A stretch of 64,000 nt of DNA from the human T2T-CHM13v2.0 reference genome, Homo sapiens. Location of the stretch: assembly GCF_009914755.1 (NCBI RefSeq), contig NC_060928.1; one strand, given 5' to 3'. Below are positions 58,805-64,000 of the stretch, piece by piece. Numbering within the stretch: position 1 is the stretch's first letter; every line of letters starts with the position of its first letter. Under the pieces are notes generated by a model. The model did no database searches, was not told where the DNA came from, and saw only the letters and a list, made by a program, of their open reading frames with translations. A program made the position numbers and the translations under genes.

Positions 58805-58927
58805 TCTTTATTCAATCAAAAATTATAATTGAGTACTTATGTTGTACCTAATACTATTATATGCACAAAAATAATAGTAGTAAAAAAAAAAGACCATATT
58901 CCTTTTCTCAGAGAGCTTATCTTTCAA
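58805..58927 (-). mobile_element. L2 3' terminus fragment
   Basis: ttcaatcaaaaattataattgagtacttatgttgtacctaatact...agaccatattccttttctcagagagcttat. Confidence 0.5.
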
Positions 58928-59098
58928 TTATTCAGTTCAGTCTGTCTTTATATATTTTGTCGTATAGTTTCTGCCAATTCTTGGGCTCAAAAGTAGACAG
59001 CCTCATTAAAACTAAAAATCATGCAATCTAACAGGTGATTTGAGGTGCTCCTTCCAGTTGGGTAATTAGGTCCTGAGATATTTGAATTAATGTTAAGA

Positions 59099-59404
59099 CA
59101 GTGAGCATAGTGGCTTATGCCTGTAATCCCAGAACTTTGGGAGGTCAAGGTAGGTGGATAGCTTGAGTCCAGGAGATTGAGCCCAGCCTGAGCAACATGG
59201 TGAAACCCCATCTCTACTAAAAAGACAAAAATATTAAATTAGCCGGTCATAGTGGTGCACACCTATAGTCCCAGCTACTCAGGAAAATGAGGTGGGAGAA
59301 TCACCTGAGCCCAGGAGGTCGAGACTGCAGTGAGCCAAGATCACGCAACTGCACTCCAGCCTGGGTGATAGGAGTGAGATCCTGCCTCAAAAAAAAAAAA
59401 AAAA
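59099..59404 (+). mobile_element. AluJ (Jb-like)
   Basis: gcttgagtccaggag and gaggtgggagaatcacctgagcccaggaggtcgagactgcag, followed by an A tail. Confidence 0.92.
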
Positions 59405-59581
59405 GTATGTATGTGTGTGTGTATATATATATATATATACACACATACACACACATATATAGTGTGTGTATAAATATATGTATATATTATATATATATAT
59501 AAAGACAGCTGTTTATAAAAACTGTGATAGGAGACCCTGCCTCAAAATATAGACGTGTGTGTTCATATATGTGTGTGTGTA

Positions 59582-59648
<67 letters not shown>

Positions 59649-59669
59649 ACAGCTGTTTGTAAAAATTGT
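59365..59669. repeat. Tandem duplication of the Alu 3' end, (TG/TA) microsatellite and flank
   Basis: The unit gtgatagga...ctgcctcaaaa, microsatellite, aaagacagctgttt.taaaaa.tgt occurs twice, starting at 59365 and 59524. Confidence 0.9.
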
Positions 59670-61344
59670 ACTTCAAGAGCAGTATTTAACTTCCTGGGAG
59701 AGTGGAAGTGAGACCTGGCAGAACCATATCTCTAGACAAAATTGTACACCGAAATGAAAGGATAAGAACTGGACATCAGAGAACATTCAGGGACTGTATT
59801 ACGGATATACAGATATAGTGTGTGTCTGTGTGGTCCCAAGGGCAGAATGCAAGGTCTCATGAAACAAGACTAACAACTTTGTTGATTCAATGCTGAAAGA
59901 TAAGCTGTTGCCCTCTTTCAATGATGCAAAATGAATTTCTTAAGCTAAAGTTGTCAAGCACACAAAAATTAAGTCCAGGCCAAAGCTAAAGCCTGATAAA
60001 GTCACAGTGAACCACTTTTAGATTCAAACACTTTATTATTTACTTTATTACTTTACCAAGCAAAAAAGATTAGCAAGAGGTGCCAGCTTCCTATGCTTTG
60101 TTGTAAAACAAAAAACAACACTAAAACAAAACAGTACACCTTGGTGTAAGTAGCAGGATGCCCTGTTGCTGTTTCTAACTCTAGACTGCAACTAAGTGAA
60201 CTTATGTTTCTGAAATTCTTTTCTGAGTGTGGCACTCCAGAAGTTTCATCAAAATTCAGGAGGCGATGAGAAATTGTTTTATAATAACAAGGAGATAACG
60301 CAAGGTGAGTGGGAAACGGCCCTGTAGAAGCTCCCTGCATGCATTCCATCCTCTTATGTTCCAGGAGCTTCATAAGGCATTCTGCTAAGACTCAGGTTAG
60401 CTGTGGTTCAAATCTTCGTTTGTGTGACCTTTATGGATACGCAAGGTTGACAGGGTGCCATGGTGGAATCATTCTCCTATAGGGCCATGACTAAAAACAC
60501 TGTAAGGCATTGAACTTGCTTAATGTGTTTCTTTTCTATTTTTATCTCTATAGATATCTTTAACATGTTAAGAGAAATATCAGATCAACTTTCATTAGTT
60601 GTGCTATGTCAGTTTTAATCTAAAAGATAATGCATAAAACAGTATTCCTCACACTCCACTCTATTACATTTCATTGGTAATAGACCCCCCTTCACCCCAC
60701 TATTCAGAATGACATGCTTTTATCCATGTGTAACTGAATATGAGCTTCACTTCATGAAACACTTTTTCACTCATTCCAAGTGAGTAACAGATATTCATTG
60801 TCCACCATATTATTTGTGTTGCTATTGCCCTGCCTCAAACACAATTCCTAAAAATGACTACAGAAATTCCAGATAGCTAGTTTTTTCCATATATGAAAAA
60901 ATTTTAGCTAGGCTTATTACCTAATATTGTATACTCTGCCTCCTTTTAAGGAATCAAATAGCTTTGCAGTACTTAAAGTATTATCCAAAACTGATTACTC
61001 ATCATGGGTTTTAGTGCCTGGTGGTCTGGTAATTACCGATATATTTTTAAAAGACTTTAAAACTAAATTAAAACTTGAACCATGCAATTATGCGCAATGC
61101 ATATTGTAAGGACAGCTAATGAACTCTATCATTTTGCTGCTAACAGCTGTTTTCTCCTCATAAATTCTGTTCATAGATTCCATTCATACTACCACACAAA
61201 ATAAAAACAGGAAGTTAGAGGAGAGCAATAGAACAATATAAACATTTTCTTTTTCTTGTAGAACCTGGATCACTCTCTAATGACAAATCAAAAACAACCA
61301 AATAATTTAGATATATTTGAAAAATAATGCACAGTTCCTGACAA

Positions 61345-61465
61345 CAGACAGAGGAAGAAATAAGAAAAGGAGAGAAGGAGGAGGAGAAGTAACAATGAAA
61401 AGAGGGGTAAAGAAAGAAAGAAAGGGAAGCAGGGGAGAAGGTGAAAAAGAAGGAAGAGAATAATA
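61345..61465. repeat. GA-rich low-complexity tract
   Basis: Nearly pure purine run. Confidence 0.85.
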
Positions 61466-62749
61466 AATTTTAACATATTAAGAATAATGATTCAGATTTA
61501 ATGATGTAGACATTTGTCCATTTTTACTTCCCATATTTATTAAAGAACTAAAACATTAACAAATGAAGTTGCAGTCTCTTTGTGTATCTTTACAATCACA
61601 TTCCTCATCTTTGCTTCACATAAATAAACATTCTCAGTTTATATGATATCCTTGCCCTCACTTGAATAAGTTTACCATGTATGTATCCATAAGTTTGCTT
61701 TTGTATATTACTAATGCATTATTGTAATCATACAAATGTTATCATTACAATAAATATTGACAAGCTCTCTTTTTTTCTTCTTTAATAATATTTTGGCAAT
61801 TTTTTAAACTTTAGTATATATTTAACAAAGAGTTTGATGAGATTCTATGATACAATGAATGAATAAAATTGCTTGGCCAAAATCTTTGTAATGCTAAGCA
61901 TTACAAAATCTTTGTAATGCTAAGTTTTGTCACCCACAAGCACAGTATATATCTTTAATTATTTAGCATACTTTTATTTCCTTCAAAAGGTTTATAAACT
62001 TTATCCAGAAATATGGATAAAGATTTCCTTTGTTAGATTTATCCTTGTATATTATTTCTTACTATGGTTATTAATATATTTTTCATTAAATTTTCTTTTT
62101 CTCTTGTAAGTTTTGCTTTCTTTTGTCAAAATTATACACATAGTAAAATTGAGTATATTAAAATTGCCTCCACACTTTTGCTAAAAATTAAACAAGTCAA
62201 CACTTGTTAACATCTGATTATATCTTTTTAAAAATAGGCAACAGAAGCCTGATGAATCTGAAAATAAAAATGGAGTTGGTCAAACCACCAAAGTAACAAC
62301 TGGGAATGACAGCGTGAAAATGAAATGCAAAAATATCCACAATTTCATGGAAATACCCTTCCTCCCCCAAAAGCCAACTTATTCTTATCACTTCAAGCAG
62401 CATGTTTTACACTGAGTGGTAACCTGAATAGATGCAGCTGGGAATGACCAGTGAAATTAGGAAAATTTCTCACAGGAGCTGAATTAATAGCAATGAAAAA
62501 ACTTGTGAGCAGACCTAAAAGGTCTAATATTGCTATCTTAGTATATTCCCCTGAAAATTTTAGGAATATCAAGCTAAGTCTCTCTTATAAAAGAAAACAG
62601 TTCACATAGAGACCAAATACTGAGTACAAAATTGAAATTGAGCGGGGCCAAAATATTAGACATTAGATTTTGTGGGAGTAGATCACAGATAGCAAGTGAT
62701 TTAAAAAAACAAAAAGTTTGAAAATGTGCCCAAGCTAATCTTCCCAGAA

Positions 62750-64000
62750 AACCCACATCATTTAAACATCAAATACTGCAAAAAAATAAAATAAATAAAA
62801 TCTAACTCCATGCAAGTGTATTCCAAGAAAAAAAAAGATAAAAAGAAACTAGAGGGTGTTTTAATAAATAATGGAAAAACACCAGAAACACACAACAAAA
62901 AAGAAGATGAAAGCATTGATTTAATACATATAAGTGAGGGAAAAATAAATTATAAAAAGTTATGCAAACATTGAAAGAGCAGCTAAAATTAGAAATAAAA
63001 AACCTCAGAACTGTTTGCCTAGGCAAATGGAAGATACAAAACAAAACGTCTCAGACACCAGTAGTTACTGGGGTTGAAATTGGAGGGTGGAGTACAAAGC
63101 AAAAAAAACAATAGATACCACAGTTAAAAAAAAAAAAAAAGCAGAGGAAAAGCAAAAGATGGAAAGGGGAAATGCATAAAGGTATTGGAGAAATGAAAAA
63201 GCAGAAGAAAGAAAGAAGAAAACTATTTTTTAAATCAAATACGATTAAAGAGTACATATATTTGAAAGTGATAGTAATAAAACACAAGCTCTGGTCAAGG
63301 TGTAATAATAAGGAACAAACTTATAATCCCATCTGAAACAACCAAAAGACAAGACAAAAAGAAAAGAAAAAAAGCAATAGTTTTTAAGACACTTAATACC
63401 AGACAGAAGTGATACCCGAAAGAAGGAAAGCAAACCAGAGGAATCTTACATTTATTTCAGCTTATTGCCTTGAGAAAGGTTCCAGCCTTGGCACAGAGTC
63501 CTGAAGACTCCCTGAGTTGAGGAAGCTTAGTAGAGGCCCTGGGGAGGACTAAGTGGCTATAATTTGCAGGAGAAAGTACCAGAGAGGAGAAAACTGCACA
63601 GGGAGAAAATTCTGGCTGTCTACAGAGTCTCCTCTGAGTACTCAGCAAAGTACTGAGCATCACATGCATGTGAGGAAACTACTTTAGAATTGTGGGAAAG
63701 ATCATTCAATAAAATTAGAGGAAACAGTGCCTGGTACTCACAAAGGGCAGTAAATATCAAGACTGGACAATTTCAGGATATACAGGGCATTCGATGGAAT
63801 ATTCAGGGGACTCTTACCTCAGTAATGGGTAATATTAGCCTTATAGTAAACACTGCTATGGAGTCACCTAACAAATCAAAAATAAAAAATAGAACAAAGT
63901 GGATTCAACTGTTTCAAATAAATTAATCAAAAACATGTATAGGAAATCAAATCTATACAGCACCATTTGAATGTAAAATTCAAATTGTCTGGCATCCAGT
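62750..64000 (+). mobile_element. Old L1M 5'/ORF1-region fragments (cut by window edge)
   Basis: Very A-rich strand at 62750-63420. From 63450 onward (ttgcaggagaaagtaccagagaggagaaaactgcac, cacatgcatgtgaggaaact, aaattgtctggcatccag) it resembles L1MD/ME 5' ends. Confidence 0.55.

Overview
This is AT-rich, CpG-depleted primate genomic DNA. AluJ/S/Y, L1PA/PB, MER9 (HML-3) and Hsmar1 together point to a human or other anthropoid genome. I find no intact protein-coding gene, RNA gene or CRISPR array. The ORF track holds only L1 ORF1/ORF2 remnants, Hsmar1 transposase remnants, Alu/LTR-derived frames and chance ORFs. The window is a stack of nested transposon fossils: a 3'-deleted L1PB, an ERV1-like internal region carrying L1PA, MER9 and Charlie1 inserts, MER44 split by MLT2A, a two-LTR MST MaLR provirus split by L1MA, and a near-full-length Hsmar1 split by AluY. 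I do not see a novel multi-gene system. The most interesting signals are small local rearrangements that look like template switching. These are an ~82 bp copy of nearby sequence sitting between 26-bp direct repeats, two fold-back hairpins created inside known elements, a direct-inverted-direct micro-triplication, and a 7-bp micro-inversion through the DUX-like motif of an MLT2A LTR. Subfamily names come from my memory of consensus sequences, not from a search, and boundaries of old elements are approximate.
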